In this document: one piece after another, positions 47,790-57,212 of the stretch
Position numbering within the stretch: the stretch's first letter is position 1
Layout of the letters: each line of letters starts with the position of its first letter
NCBI GenBank assembly: GCA_963674805.2
Contig: CAXXNY010000021.1
Span: 6,642 to 70,641, forward strand
Length of the DNA stretch: 64,000 bases
Reading direction: 5' to 3'
Source of the DNA: Christensenellaceae bacterium
GTDB taxonomy: Bacteria; Bacillota; Clostridia; Christensenellales; CALMFG01
Notes under the pieces: generated by a model
What the model saw: only the letters and a program-made list of their open reading frames with translations
Told to the model about the DNA's origin: nothing
Database searches by the model: none
Translations under genes and position numbers: made by a program

Positions 47790-48629
47790 ATGACAGCGAA
47801 TGACATCATGAGGCTGAAAAAAGGCGGGCACAATATCAGGAAACATGTCGTGAATACGATTGTTAACAATGGGGAAGGCCACGGAGGTCCGGCGCTTTCC
47901 TGCTCGGATATATTGTCCGTACTGTTTCTGGGCATTATGAACATTGATAAAGACGACCCGGATCATCCGGATAACGATAAGTTTCTCTTAAGCGCGGGGC
48001 ATAAATGTTTGGGTCTGTACGGCGCGCTTGTGGAAAAAGGAATTATAGATGTTACACTCCTGAGCACATATAACAAGCTGGGATCGCCATTGCCAGGGCA
48101 TCCTGATGCCACCAAATTGCCGGGTGTCATCTTCAGTACCGGAAGCCTTGGACATGGTCTCCCGCTGGGGTGCGGATTTGCGAAAGCCGCGAAGCTGCAA
48201 GGAAAAACGTACCAAACATATGTGCTGATGGGGGACGGCGAACAAGGAGAAGGCAGCAACTGGGAAGCGGCAGGCTTTGCCGTACACAATGGATTAGATA
48301 ATCTGATCGCAATTATAGATGAAAACGGACTGCAGATTAACGGCACCACCAAAGAGGTATGCAAACCCGCCAGCCTTGAAGAACGTTACGCGGGCTTCGG
48401 CTGGTCGGTAAAGTCGGTTGACGGCCACGATGTGAAAGCGCTGTATGAAATGATTCGGTCCGCCCCGTTTGAGACGGGTAAGCCCAGCATGATTGTGGCG
48501 AAGACGCATAAGGGCAGGGGCGTTTCGTTCATGGAGGACAATGTTAAGTACCATCACTGGCATCCGGACGACAAAGAGGCCGAGATTGCACTCGCGGATA
48601 TTAAGACAGCAGAGGAGGGCATGGACTGA
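47790..48629 (+). CDS. Divergent transketolase N-terminal subunit
   Basis: ATG at 47790, 6 nt after GGAG. It has GHGGPALS, SAGHKCLGLY (canonical SKGHAAP.YY) and GDGEQGEGSNWEA. Confidence 0.8.
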   Translation: MTANDIMRLKKGGHNIRKHVVNTIVNNGEGHGGPALSCSDILSVLFLGIMNIDKDDPDHPDNDKFLLSAGHKCLGLYGALVEKGIIDVTLLSTYNKLGSPLPGHPDATKLPGVIFSTGSLGHGLPLGCGFAKAAKLQGKTYQTYVLMGDGEQGEGSNWEAAGFAVHNGLDNLIAIIDENGLQINGTTKEVCKPASLEERYAGFGWSVKSVDGHDVKALYEMIRSAPFETGKPSMIVAKTHKGRGVSFMEDNVKYHHWHPDDKEAEIALADIKTAEEGMD

Positions 48630-49564
48630 TGGCAGCGATGGACCCGCGCGGTGCGTTTAATGATGCACTGCTGGAACTGGGCGAAAAAAACGGAAAAATA
48701 GTTGGTGTTTCCTGTGATTCTGCATTGGGCGGAGGGATGAGCAAATTCTTCAACGCGTTTCCCAACCGGACAGTGGAAACCGGAATCAGTGAACAAAACG
48801 CAATCAGCATCTGCGCTGCGCTTGCCAGACAGGGAATGATTCCCGTGATAGTGGTCATTACACCGTTTATCACCATGCGGGCGTATGAGCAGGTGCGGGA
48901 CGATATCGGATATATGAATATGCACGTAATCCTGGTCGGATCGGGTGGCGGTCTCGCCTATTCAACGCTGGGTTCCACGCATCAGGCAGTGGAAGACATA
49001 GCGCTGATGCGGACCATTCCGAATATGACGGTGTTCTCCCCATGCGATGCTTTGGAAGTTAAACGATCACTGGAGATGGCAGCAGAAATCAACGGTCCGG
49101 TATATATACGGATGCCGCGGCAGAAACGCGAAGTGGCGGTTGAATCCCGCAGTATTCAAAGCGGCGTAGCCGAGATGTTAAGGGACGGTCAAGACGTCGC
49201 CATTATCGCCGCGGGCCCGATGGTGGAAGAAGCGCTGATCGCTGCGGAAGCGTTAAAGAATAAAGGGATTGATACGGCGGTTTTAAACTATATGACGATT
49301 AAGCCGCTGGACGAAGAAACGCTGAAGCGCTATGCGAAAAAAGTAAGGGCGTTTGCCACGGTTGAGGAACATTCGGTAATCGGCGGTCTCGGAAGTGCGG
49401 TCGCATCCGCATTGGCGCCGGTCAAAAACGCGCCGCCGGTCAAAATCATCGGCATCAGAGACGGCGCAAAGAACACAGGGCCGTATCAAGAACTGCTTTG
49501 CGATTACGGCTTAACCGGTGAAAAGATAGCTGAAAATATACAAAACTTTGTAAAGGAAATCTAG
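48629..49564 (+). CDS. Transketolase C-terminal subunit, second copy
   Basis: ETGISEQNAISI and GSGGGLAYSTLGSTHQ motifs. The start overlaps the N-subunit stop. Confidence 0.85.
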   Translation: MAAMDPRGAFNDALLELGEKNGKIVGVSCDSALGGGMSKFFNAFPNRTVETGISEQNAISICAALARQGMIPVIVVITPFITMRAYEQVRDDIGYMNMHVILVGSGGGLAYSTLGSTHQAVEDIALMRTIPNMTVFSPCDALEVKRSLEMAAEINGPVYIRMPRQKREVAVESRSIQSGVAEMLRDGQDVAIIAAGPMVEEALIAAEALKNKGIDTAVLNYMTIKPLDEETLKRYAKKVRAFATVEEHSVIGGLGSAVASALAPVKNAPPVKIIGIRDGAKNTGPYQELLCDYGLTGEKIAENIQNFVKEI

Positions 49565-49568
49565 AATT

Positions 49569-50915
49569 ATGACTGTTAATTATTCTCAATGCAGTAACGG
49601 TGAAGCGGGAGTCAACTTCACGCTTCAATCACTGAATGCAAAAGCCGCGTCCGGCAAAGAAGAGCTGGTCGCGCGGGTGCTGACTAAAACCATCAGCTTC
49701 AAAGAGTATACGTTATTAAAGGACCTCGTCAACACAATTGACGTGACCGAGCAGTTTATGGACGTCATTAAAACGTTCAGCACGCCGAAGGGTGAAACAC
49801 CGGCGGGCTTCCGCATTGAAACCTTTGTGGCGAACGGCGGTGTATTGATGGTCGATTTGGTCAGGGATATCGGCTATGACAAGAACGGTATCAAACGGCC
49901 GACAGGTACGATTTTTTCTGCGGACTCGGCAAACCCGTATGAGGTTGCGCCGATTGCGCCGCTGCTTGGCAACTTAACCTGTAATCCGGGAATCGTATAT
50001 GACTTGTTTATCAACAACCCCAAGGCCAATGTCGGCGGTAAGTATAAGACACTCGAAGAGGTCATGACATCTCTCGGGGATATTCTGGGCCCCGGATGTG
50101 ACATATCGGTGGAACTCAACGATCCCTTTGAGAAGGACTTTGACAGGATTCTTGAAGAAGTGAAGAAATACGAGAAAATCTTATCCAAATACCGTCTGGT
50201 CATTAAAGTGCCGCATATGGGCCCGATTAACGGCGAAAACGTAAAGGAACTGCTGACCGGAGACAAAAAGTCATCCGCAAAGTTTGAAGCGCCCGCGACC
50301 GAGGATGCGTTCAGAAGCCATAACCTATGCCTGAAATTAAGGGAACAGGGGTATCGGATTAACTATACGCTGATGTTTGAACCCTACCAGACGGCATTGG
50401 CACTGCAGGCGAAGCCATATTTCATCAACAGCTTTATCCGGCATAGACTGATGCAGACACAAAAAATGAAAAACCTTCTGGCTTATTATGAAATCAGCGG
50501 TGAAGACAAACACCTTGAGGATATCCGTAAACTAATGCTGGATGTCGATATGCTGAGCAAGGACGAAGCGGATAAAGACCTGCTATATGTAAAGAAGCTG
50601 GCCGAAGACACGGTTAAATACCGCAACTTTGACAACGCGGAAGGCGACGACGGATTGGATTCTGCAAGGCATAACCTGAGACTGTTAAAACAGAACAACC
50701 TGCCGGATACAAAACTCATCATCTGCAGTATGGAAGGCCGTTATAACTATCCGGATATTGATAAGCTGCTGACCGATCCTGAGTTCGCCGATGTGGTGGA
50801 CCGAATCATCATCACGGCCGAGCCGGGATATCTCGCGCGGTTTGCATCGACCTCTCAGGTCATCAGTTACCAGCGCAGATTTATGAATGCAGCGGCAGAT
50901 GTGAACAAGAAATAG
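49569..50915 (+). CDS. Atypical 448-aa transaldolase-superfamily protein
   Basis: The core motifs occur in transaldolase/FSA order: FSADSANPYEV, LTCNPGIVY, ISVEL, LVIKVPHMG (candidate Schiff-base Lys) and GYRINYTLMFEPYQTALALQAKPYFINSFIRHR. There is also a ~115-aa N-terminal extension and two large insertions. Confidence 0.6.
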   Translation: MTVNYSQCSNGEAGVNFTLQSLNAKAASGKEELVARVLTKTISFKEYTLLKDLVNTIDVTEQFMDVIKTFSTPKGETPAGFRIETFVANGGVLMVDLVRDIGYDKNGIKRPTGTIFSADSANPYEVAPIAPLLGNLTCNPGIVYDLFINNPKANVGGKYKTLEEVMTSLGDILGPGCDISVELNDPFEKDFDRILEEVKKYEKILSKYRLVIKVPHMGPINGENVKELLTGDKKSSAKFEAPATEDAFRSHNLCLKLREQGYRINYTLMFEPYQTALALQAKPYFINSFIRHRLMQTQKMKNLLAYYEISGEDKHLEDIRKLMLDVDMLSKDEADKDLLYVKKLAEDTVKYRNFDNAEGDDGLDSARHNLRLLKQNNLPDTKLIICSMEGRYNYPDIDKLLTDPEFADVVDRIIITAEPGYLARFASTSQVISYQRRFMNAAADVNKK

Positions 50916-50925
50916 GAGAGCTGGC

Positions 50926-51813
50926 ATGGAAAAGAATTTGATGGGTGTATTTGCACCAATAACAACGCCGTTTACCGCCGATGGGCTGGTGGACTATGCG
51001 GGGCTTAAAAAGAACATGGCCTTTTATGCCAAGTCTGGTATCCAAGGATATCTGGCGCTGGGATCAAACGGAGAAAACAAGAACTTAACCAATGATGAAA
51101 AAGTAGAAGTCTTAAAAACCATCATTGAAAATAAAGGCGAGGGCCAAACGGTGATGGGCGGATGCATTTTTGAATCCACCTATGAAACCATTCATTTTGC
51201 GAAGATTTATGAATCATTAGGCGTGGACTATCTGACCTTGCTGCCGCCGTCGTATTTTAAAAAGTATATGACGGATGATGTGCTGGCGAAATACTTTAAC
51301 GATGTGGCAAATGCGGTCAAAGTACCGTGCCTGCTATATAATGCCCCGCAGTTTTGCGGCGGAACGGCGCTTTCGGTGAACCTGCTTAAAGCATGTGCAA
51401 AAAACCCGAATATCGTGGGCGTTAAGGATTCCTCAACCGGCTCAATCGAATCATTTCTGTTTGGCGTTAGAGACATCATGACAGTAATGGCTGGCTCGGC
51501 GAATTTCTTTATGCGGACCGTGATTATGGGCGGTTCCGGCGGTATCGTATCGCTGGGGAATGTCTTTCCGGGTATCGTGAACGATCTTTACCAGTTGATA
51601 CTGGATAAAAAATACGAAGAAGCGTTTAAGTTAAACGAACGCGTACTGCAGCTCAACAAAGGCATCTCCGGGCAGGGCGGCGTTGCGGCCGTCAAATATG
51701 CCATGGATTTAGCCGGTTTGGTCGGCGGAAACGCCAGACTCCCGCTGCTTCCGCTGACAGACGATAAGAAGGAGAACATCCGCAGTCTGTTGGTTAAAGA
51801 AGGCATGATATAG
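50926..51813 (+). CDS. DHDPS/NanA-family class I aldolase/lyase, paralog 2
   Basis: GSNGEN, LLYNAP, VGVKDSS. Confidence 0.8.
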   Translation: MEKNLMGVFAPITTPFTADGLVDYAGLKKNMAFYAKSGIQGYLALGSNGENKNLTNDEKVEVLKTIIENKGEGQTVMGGCIFESTYETIHFAKIYESLGVDYLTLLPPSYFKKYMTDDVLAKYFNDVANAVKVPCLLYNAPQFCGGTALSVNLLKACAKNPNIVGVKDSSTGSIESFLFGVRDIMTVMAGSANFFMRTVIMGGSGGIVSLGNVFPGIVNDLYQLILDKKYEEAFKLNERVLQLNKGISGQGGVAAVKYAMDLAGLVGGNARLPLLPLTDDKKENIRSLLVKEGMI

Positions 51814-51821
51814 GAATTTTT

Positions 51822-52778
51822 ATGAGAAAGATTTTATTAACGAAAAAACTGAATGCGGAAAACGCTGCGCTGTTCAAAGATATTCCGGAACTTGATATGG
51901 TCACGGTGCTGGACGGCGACCAGACGGGATTTAACGCCAATATCGCGGATGCGGAGGCTGTGCTTTTATCGACCGCTTACAAGATGACCGATGAGGTTAT
52001 CTCACAGGCTAAAAACTTAAAGGTCATCAGCAGAACGGGTGCAGGCGTGGATAACGTGGATGTAAAAGCCGCAACCGAAAAAGGCATTTTAGTGTTAAAC
52101 ACACCGGAAGCGAACTCCATATCTGTTGCGGAGCATACTGCGGCGCTGATTATCGCGATATCCAAGCAATTGATTATGTATGACAGCGAGTTAAGGGAGG
52201 GCAACTTTGGTATACGCCGCAGCGGGAAAACCACGGACATCCAGGGAAAAATACTGGGACTGATCGGATGCGGCAGAATCGGGCGGCTGGCGGCAGAAAA
52301 ACTGAAAGCGGCATTTGAGATGGCTGTAATCGGCTATGACCCATACGTGAAAAAAGCGGACGGCATTACGCTCTATGACAATATCGAGGATGTGTTTAAA
52401 CGCGCGGATTATATTTCGTTGCACATTCCGCTGACGCCGGAAACCCAGAACATGGTGGGGGACCGTTTACTTAGTATGATGAAGCCGACTGCGTATATCA
52501 TTAACACGGCGCGCGGAGGCATCATCGATGAAAAGGCGCTGGCGGAAAAATTGAGCAACGGCGAGATTGCCGGCGCGGCACTGGATGTTTTAGCCAATGA
52601 ACCGCCGGAAGCGGATAATCCGCTGTTAAAACTGAAAAATGCGATTTTAACACCGCACTCTGCCGCACTCAGCAAGGAGTGCTCGGCAAGGGTAGCCTAT
52701 GAAGCAGCTAAGGGGATTGCGGATTACTTAAAGGGCGGAATGCCGAAGTTTGTTTTTAATAAAGAACTAACGAAATAA
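51822..52778 (+). CDS. D-isomer-specific 2-hydroxyacid dehydrogenase (SerA/GhrB-like)
   Basis: GLIGCGRIGR NAD motif, NTARGGIIDE and TPHSAA. Confidence 0.85.
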   Translation: MRKILLTKKLNAENAALFKDIPELDMVTVLDGDQTGFNANIADAEAVLLSTAYKMTDEVISQAKNLKVISRTGAGVDNVDVKAATEKGILVLNTPEANSISVAEHTAALIIAISKQLIMYDSELREGNFGIRRSGKTTDIQGKILGLIGCGRIGRLAAEKLKAAFEMAVIGYDPYVKKADGITLYDNIEDVFKRADYISLHIPLTPETQNMVGDRLLSMMKPTAYIINTARGGIIDEKALAEKLSNGEIAGAALDVLANEPPEADNPLLKLKNAILTPHSAALSKECSARVAYEAAKGIADYLKGGMPKFVFNKELTK

Positions 52779-52800
52779 ATGCAAAACGAGGGGAAGAATA

Positions 52801-53859
52801 ATGGCAAAACAATTTGATTTGATCGGATTCGGCGAAGCGATGGTGCGGTTTAATCCGCCGGAACATGTCAGGCTGGAGCAGGCGCAATACCTGAACCTGG
52901 CGATCGCAGCCGCAGAATTGAATGTCTGTGTGAACACATCCACCTTGGGTTTGAAAACCAAGTGGGTTTCGAAGCTGGTGGATACATGGAGCGCAAAATA
53001 TGTGGTGAATAAGGGCAGGGAACACAACGTCAATATGGACGACGTGGTTATCGACAGCTATGACGGATGCGGCCGGGTGGCAAGAAACGGGCTGTGCTTT
53101 GTTGAGGTCGGTATCGGACCCCGTGCATCACGCCAGATTTATGACAGGGGACATTCGGCAATCTCTCAAGTCAAACAAGGGGAATTAGACTGGAAAGCGC
53201 TTTTCAGTGAAACGGGATGGTTTCATACCACGGGGATCACCTGCGCCATTTCGCCTGCGGCAGCGGACGAATGTGTCAGGAGCCTAATTGCGGCAAAGGA
53301 AGCGGGCGTTACCACCAGTTTTGACCTGAACTTCCGCTCCACGCTTTGGAGCCCGGAACAGGCGCAGGCCGCGATGAAAAAAGCGATGCCGTATATTGAT
53401 GTTCTGATCGGGAATGAAGAAGACTTTGAAACGATGCTGGGTATTAAGGCGGACGACACGACCAAAACATATTCCAAACTGGACCCGGAAAGCTACCGCG
53501 GGGTCGCAGAAAAGGTATGTAAAGCGTATCCGAACGTGAAGACCATAGGCACAACGCTTCGCGAAGTGAAGACAGCGACGCTGAATGACTGGCGGACGGT
53601 TGCTTACCATGACGGCGAGTTTTACGTATCGCGTAAATATGAAAACCTGGAAATCTACGACCGTACAGGCGGCGGCGACAGCTTTGCATCCGGATTGATT
53701 TATTCGTTGATCTCCGGAGAATACAAAGGGCAGGATATGATTGAATTTTCAGCCGCGTACTCGGCTTTATGCCATGGCTTTATGGGAGACTGGAACTGGG
53801 CATATAAAGAAGAAGCGGAAAGCGTCATGAAGGGCGGAAGCGCCAGAGTGAAACGGTAA
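52801..53859 (+). CDS. PfkB-family sugar(-acid) kinase, KdgK-like
   Basis: 352 aa with a C-terminal GGGDSFASGLIYSL motif. Overall layout resembles the KdgK at 1762. Confidence 0.8.
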   Translation: MAKQFDLIGFGEAMVRFNPPEHVRLEQAQYLNLAIAAAELNVCVNTSTLGLKTKWVSKLVDTWSAKYVVNKGREHNVNMDDVVIDSYDGCGRVARNGLCFVEVGIGPRASRQIYDRGHSAISQVKQGELDWKALFSETGWFHTTGITCAISPAAADECVRSLIAAKEAGVTTSFDLNFRSTLWSPEQAQAAMKKAMPYIDVLIGNEEDFETMLGIKADDTTKTYSKLDPESYRGVAEKVCKAYPNVKTIGTTLREVKTATLNDWRTVAYHDGEFYVSRKYENLEIYDRTGGGDSFASGLIYSLISGEYKGQDMIEFSAAYSALCHGFMGDWNWAYKEEAESVMKGGSARVKR

Positions 53860-53876
53860 ACGATAGGAGCGGTGAG

Positions 53877-55031
53877 ATGAAAAAGATTAATGTTGGACTG
53901 ATCGGCCATAAATTCATGGGCAGAGCGCATACACATGCGATAACCGACGCCCCCATTTTCTTTGATTTGGGTGTGGAGATCGGTAAAAAAACCATATGCT
54001 CAAACGAAGAATCGGTGTTTGAAGCAGCAAAACGGTGGGGATGGGAAAAGGCTTCGCTGGACTGGAAGGAAGTCATTAATGACCCGGAAATTGATCTGGT
54101 CAGCATCGCGGCGCCTTCAAAGGTGCATGCGGAAATCGCGATTGCAGCGGCAAAAGCGGGCAAGCATGTGTTTTGTGAAAAGCCGCTGGCGCTGAACATG
54201 AAAGATGCCGAAGCGATGGTCCAGGCGGTTAAAGATAACAATATCATCAACTTCATCGGATTCAACTTCCGACGCGTTCCGGCACTTTGCCTTGCAAAGC
54301 AGTTAATCGAAGAAGGCACGCTCGGCAGGATCTATCACTTCAGGGCAATATGGTCGCAGGACTGGCTGACTGATCCGGAATTCCCGATGGCGTGGCGGCT
54401 GAGACGCTCCATGGCGGGATACGGAAGCCACGGCGATCTGGGCGCACATACGATTGATATTGCAAGATTCCTGCTCGGTGATTTGGATGAAGTCTGCTGT
54501 GTTGAACAGACCTTTAACAAAGAACGGCCGATTGCGGTATTTGAAGACGGATTATATGCAGAAGCCGGAAAAGAAAAGGGACCGGTGGATGTGGACGATG
54601 CGTCACAGATGCTGGCGACCTTTAAAGATAAAGAAATCATGGCATATTTTGAAGTTACACGTAACGGAACCGGACACAGGAACCAAAACAGGGTGGAAGT
54701 TGCGGGCTCAAAAGGTGCGGTGATCTGGGATGAAGAACGGCTTGGCGAGCTGGAATATTATAATACTGAGGACCCGGCACACCTACAGGGATTCAGAAGG
54801 ATTCAGGTCGGCGAAGCTGTCCATAAGTATATGGCAAACTGGTTCCCGGTCGGCCACATTATCGGCTACGGCGATACGTTTGTAAATGAGTACTATGATT
54901 TATTCACTGCGATTAAAAACAATGACCATAGCATTACGCCGAATTTCGAGGACGGCTTAAAAGTACAAAAAGTACTGGAAGCCGCGGAAAAGTCCGCTCA
55001 CACGCGTCAATGGACAAAAGTGGAGTATTAA
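53877..55031 (+). CDS. Gfo/Idh/MocA family oxidoreductase
   Basis: VGLIGHKFMGRAH and VFCEKP motifs. Confidence 0.85.
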   Translation: MKKINVGLIGHKFMGRAHTHAITDAPIFFDLGVEIGKKTICSNEESVFEAAKRWGWEKASLDWKEVINDPEIDLVSIAAPSKVHAEIAIAAAKAGKHVFCEKPLALNMKDAEAMVQAVKDNNIINFIGFNFRRVPALCLAKQLIEEGTLGRIYHFRAIWSQDWLTDPEFPMAWRLRRSMAGYGSHGDLGAHTIDIARFLLGDLDEVCCVEQTFNKERPIAVFEDGLYAEAGKEKGPVDVDDASQMLATFKDKEIMAYFEVTRNGTGHRNQNRVEVAGSKGAVIWDEERLGELEYYNTEDPAHLQGFRRIQVGEAVHKYMANWFPVGHIIGYGDTFVNEYYDLFTAIKNNDHSITPNFEDGLKVQKVLEAAEKSAHTRQWTKVEY

Positions 55032-55056
55032 ACGAGTCCTAAGGAGTATTGATTAA

Positions 55057-55545
55057 ATGAAAACCTTAAAGGCAGTAGATGTCAGCAATGATAACTTTGC
55101 GCCATTCGGCAGTGTAATCAAGGTTACCGGCGCGCTGAAATCGGATGCACAAAACGAGATTCAGACCTATTACGGCAAGCTTGCGATCATGAATGAGAGC
55201 GGTATTCAGCTTGGGATATGTGTCGCGAAAAACCGGCCGTATGAAGTAACACAGATGGAGCAGCATGTGGAAACAAAAGAGCTGCTGGCTGCGTTAAAAG
55301 GCAGTTTTGTTACACCCGTTGCGCCATCAAAGATGGTAGACGGGAAACAAGTGCCGGATTTGGATAAGGCGATTGCGGTGAAGGTCAACCAGGGAGAGGG
55401 CGTGGTTTTTGATGTCGGTATCTGGCACTGGACGCCGTATGCAATCACCGAAACTTGCGATGTGCTGGTAGGCTTTAAGACCGACACACCGCAGAATGAT
55501 TTTATTGCCGAACGCACTGAAGACAGAATTTTAATCGAGTTATAG
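55057..55545 (+). CDS. Ureidoglycolate-lyase (AllA)-like cupin, paralog 2
   Basis: NFAPFGSVI, MEQHVETKELLAAL and GIWHWTPY motifs in AllA order. Confidence 0.65.
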   Translation: MKTLKAVDVSNDNFAPFGSVIKVTGALKSDAQNEIQTYYGKLAIMNESGIQLGICVAKNRPYEVTQMEQHVETKELLAALKGSFVTPVAPSKMVDGKQVPDLDKAIAVKVNQGEGVVFDVGIWHWTPYAITETCDVLVGFKTDTPQNDFIAERTEDRILIEL

Positions 55546-55559
55546 ACCGTTTTCATGAG

Positions 55560-55598
55560 ACACACCTCTTACCGTATGGAAAGTGGCGAGAGGTGTGT
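55560..55598 (+). other. Intercistronic stem-loop
   Basis: A 10-bp perfect stem ACACACCTCT / AGAGGTGTGT with a 19-nt loop and no U-tract. Confidence 0.4.
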
Positions 55599-55673
55599 GT
55601 CCTCCTAATACTTGAGACAGCAATTTGTTTGTACTATGATGATGCTGAATCATAAATGTCTGGAGAGAAAACC

Positions 55674-57158
55674 ATGAAGAACAAAATGACCAACGAAATA
55701 TTACGAATTGAATTTGCATCAAAAAAAATCAACGGCGTCAATGTTTTGAAAAACGTATCCCTCAATATCTTTGAGGGTGAGATTGTTAAGCTTTTCGGCG
55801 ACGAAGGGCAAAGCAAGGCGATGCTGGTGCGTTTGCTGGGCGGATTACTGATTCCGGATTCCGGCAGGGTTTTGATTGGCAATAAAGAGGTGGCGATCAG
55901 TTCACCTTATGATGCCAAGCGCCTCGGAATCAGCATTATCAATAAAAGGAGTGACCTGCTGCCTAACCTGACAGTGATGGAGAACCTCTTTTTAGGCAGG
56001 CGCGACGAAACCTTTGGCTTGTTCTTCAGCCGAAAAAAACAGTACGAACGGTCCAAAGAACTTTTAGATATTTTAGGGTTGGATATTTCACCCGATACAA
56101 TGGCGAATGAACTGTCGCAGGAACAGATTCAGCTGCTGCAGTTGGAAAAGGCGCTGCTTGATAATCCAAAGCTTGTGATCATGGACCATACGCATATCCT
56201 TTTGGACAATAAACAGATCAAGCTGTTTGAAGGCGTTTTTAAAGAATTGTCAAAGCGCAAAGTGGGCGTATTAATCGTTGCGCAGAACTTAAAGGATTTC
56301 TCATCTATCTCTGACCGGACATACATTATGAAGGATGGGAGCATCATCGGCCATATAAAATCGTCGGAGCTTGAAAAAGAAAAAATAGTCAATATGATTA
56401 CAAAAGACTATTTTGTCAATACGGCCAAGGTTCCGCTCGACAGTGCATCCAAAGAGGTGCTGAGAATCGAGAATTTATTTACAGACAAGTCTTTATCCGA
56501 TGTCAGCTTTTCCGTCAAAAAAGGGGAAATACTGAGCATTACCGGTTCTTACGGATCAGGCAAATGCGAGATCGGCTACACGCTTGCAGGGATGCAGAAA
56601 ATCAAGGGCGGAGAGATTTTTTTAGAGGATCAGCGGATAAAAATACGCAATCCGAAAGATGCCGTTAAAAATAAGATCAGTTTAATTTCATACGAAAATG
56701 ATGAAGTCGGGCTGCTGACAAACTTATCACTTAAAGAGAATGTCACAATCCCGAGGCTGAAAAGCATCAGCAAGTTCAGCGTCATCAAAGACGCATTAGA
56801 GGACTGCCTCGTTGATGAATTGAGCCGGGATCTCGGTTTTGAGTTTGAAAATAAAGATGCGGATATCAGCCAGCTGAGTCCGGCGGATCTGAGGAAGGTG
56901 GGCATCGCAAGAGCGGTCAGTATCAATCCAAAAGTGCTGATTTTGATAGATGCGACCAAGGGGCTGAATGCACAGGCGAAAAAGCAGATACTTGAGCTGT
57001 TGCTTTCGCTGGCACAAAGAGGGATGTCGATTATCCTGATATCATCAAACGTTTATGAGATGCTGCAGATATCCGACCGCGTATTGATTTTTGGGGAGAA
57101 CGTCATAACAGGAGAAATTAATAAAGACGAGTTGAAATACGGGGAATTCATGTATTAA
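55674..57158 (+). CDS. Degenerate CUT2-type tandem-NBD ABC protein (predicted catalytically inactive)
   Basis: ATG at 55674 after GGAGAG. It is full length and collinear with RbsA-like ATPases, but its motifs are eroded. In NBD1, Walker A is GDEGQSKA, the signature is LSQEQ, Walker B is IMDHTH and the H-loop is AQN. In NBD2, Walker A is GSYGSGKC, the signature is LSPADLRK and Walker B is LIDATKG. Confidence 0.75.
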   Translation: MKNKMTNEILRIEFASKKINGVNVLKNVSLNIFEGEIVKLFGDEGQSKAMLVRLLGGLLIPDSGRVLIGNKEVAISSPYDAKRLGISIINKRSDLLPNLTVMENLFLGRRDETFGLFFSRKKQYERSKELLDILGLDISPDTMANELSQEQIQLLQLEKALLDNPKLVIMDHTHILLDNKQIKLFEGVFKELSKRKVGVLIVAQNLKDFSSISDRTYIMKDGSIIGHIKSSELEKEKIVNMITKDYFVNTAKVPLDSASKEVLRIENLFTDKSLSDVSFSVKKGEILSITGSYGSGKCEIGYTLAGMQKIKGGEIFLEDQRIKIRNPKDAVKNKISLISYENDEVGLLTNLSLKENVTIPRLKSISKFSVIKDALEDCLVDELSRDLGFEFENKDADISQLSPADLRKVGIARAVSINPKVLILIDATKGLNAQAKKQILELLLSLAQRGMSIILISSNVYEMLQISDRVLIFGENVITGEINKDELKYGEFMY

Positions 57159-57212
57159 CACAGAATATCTTTTCGTTATCAATATAGAATTAAACAGAAA
57201 TGAGGCGAAGTG

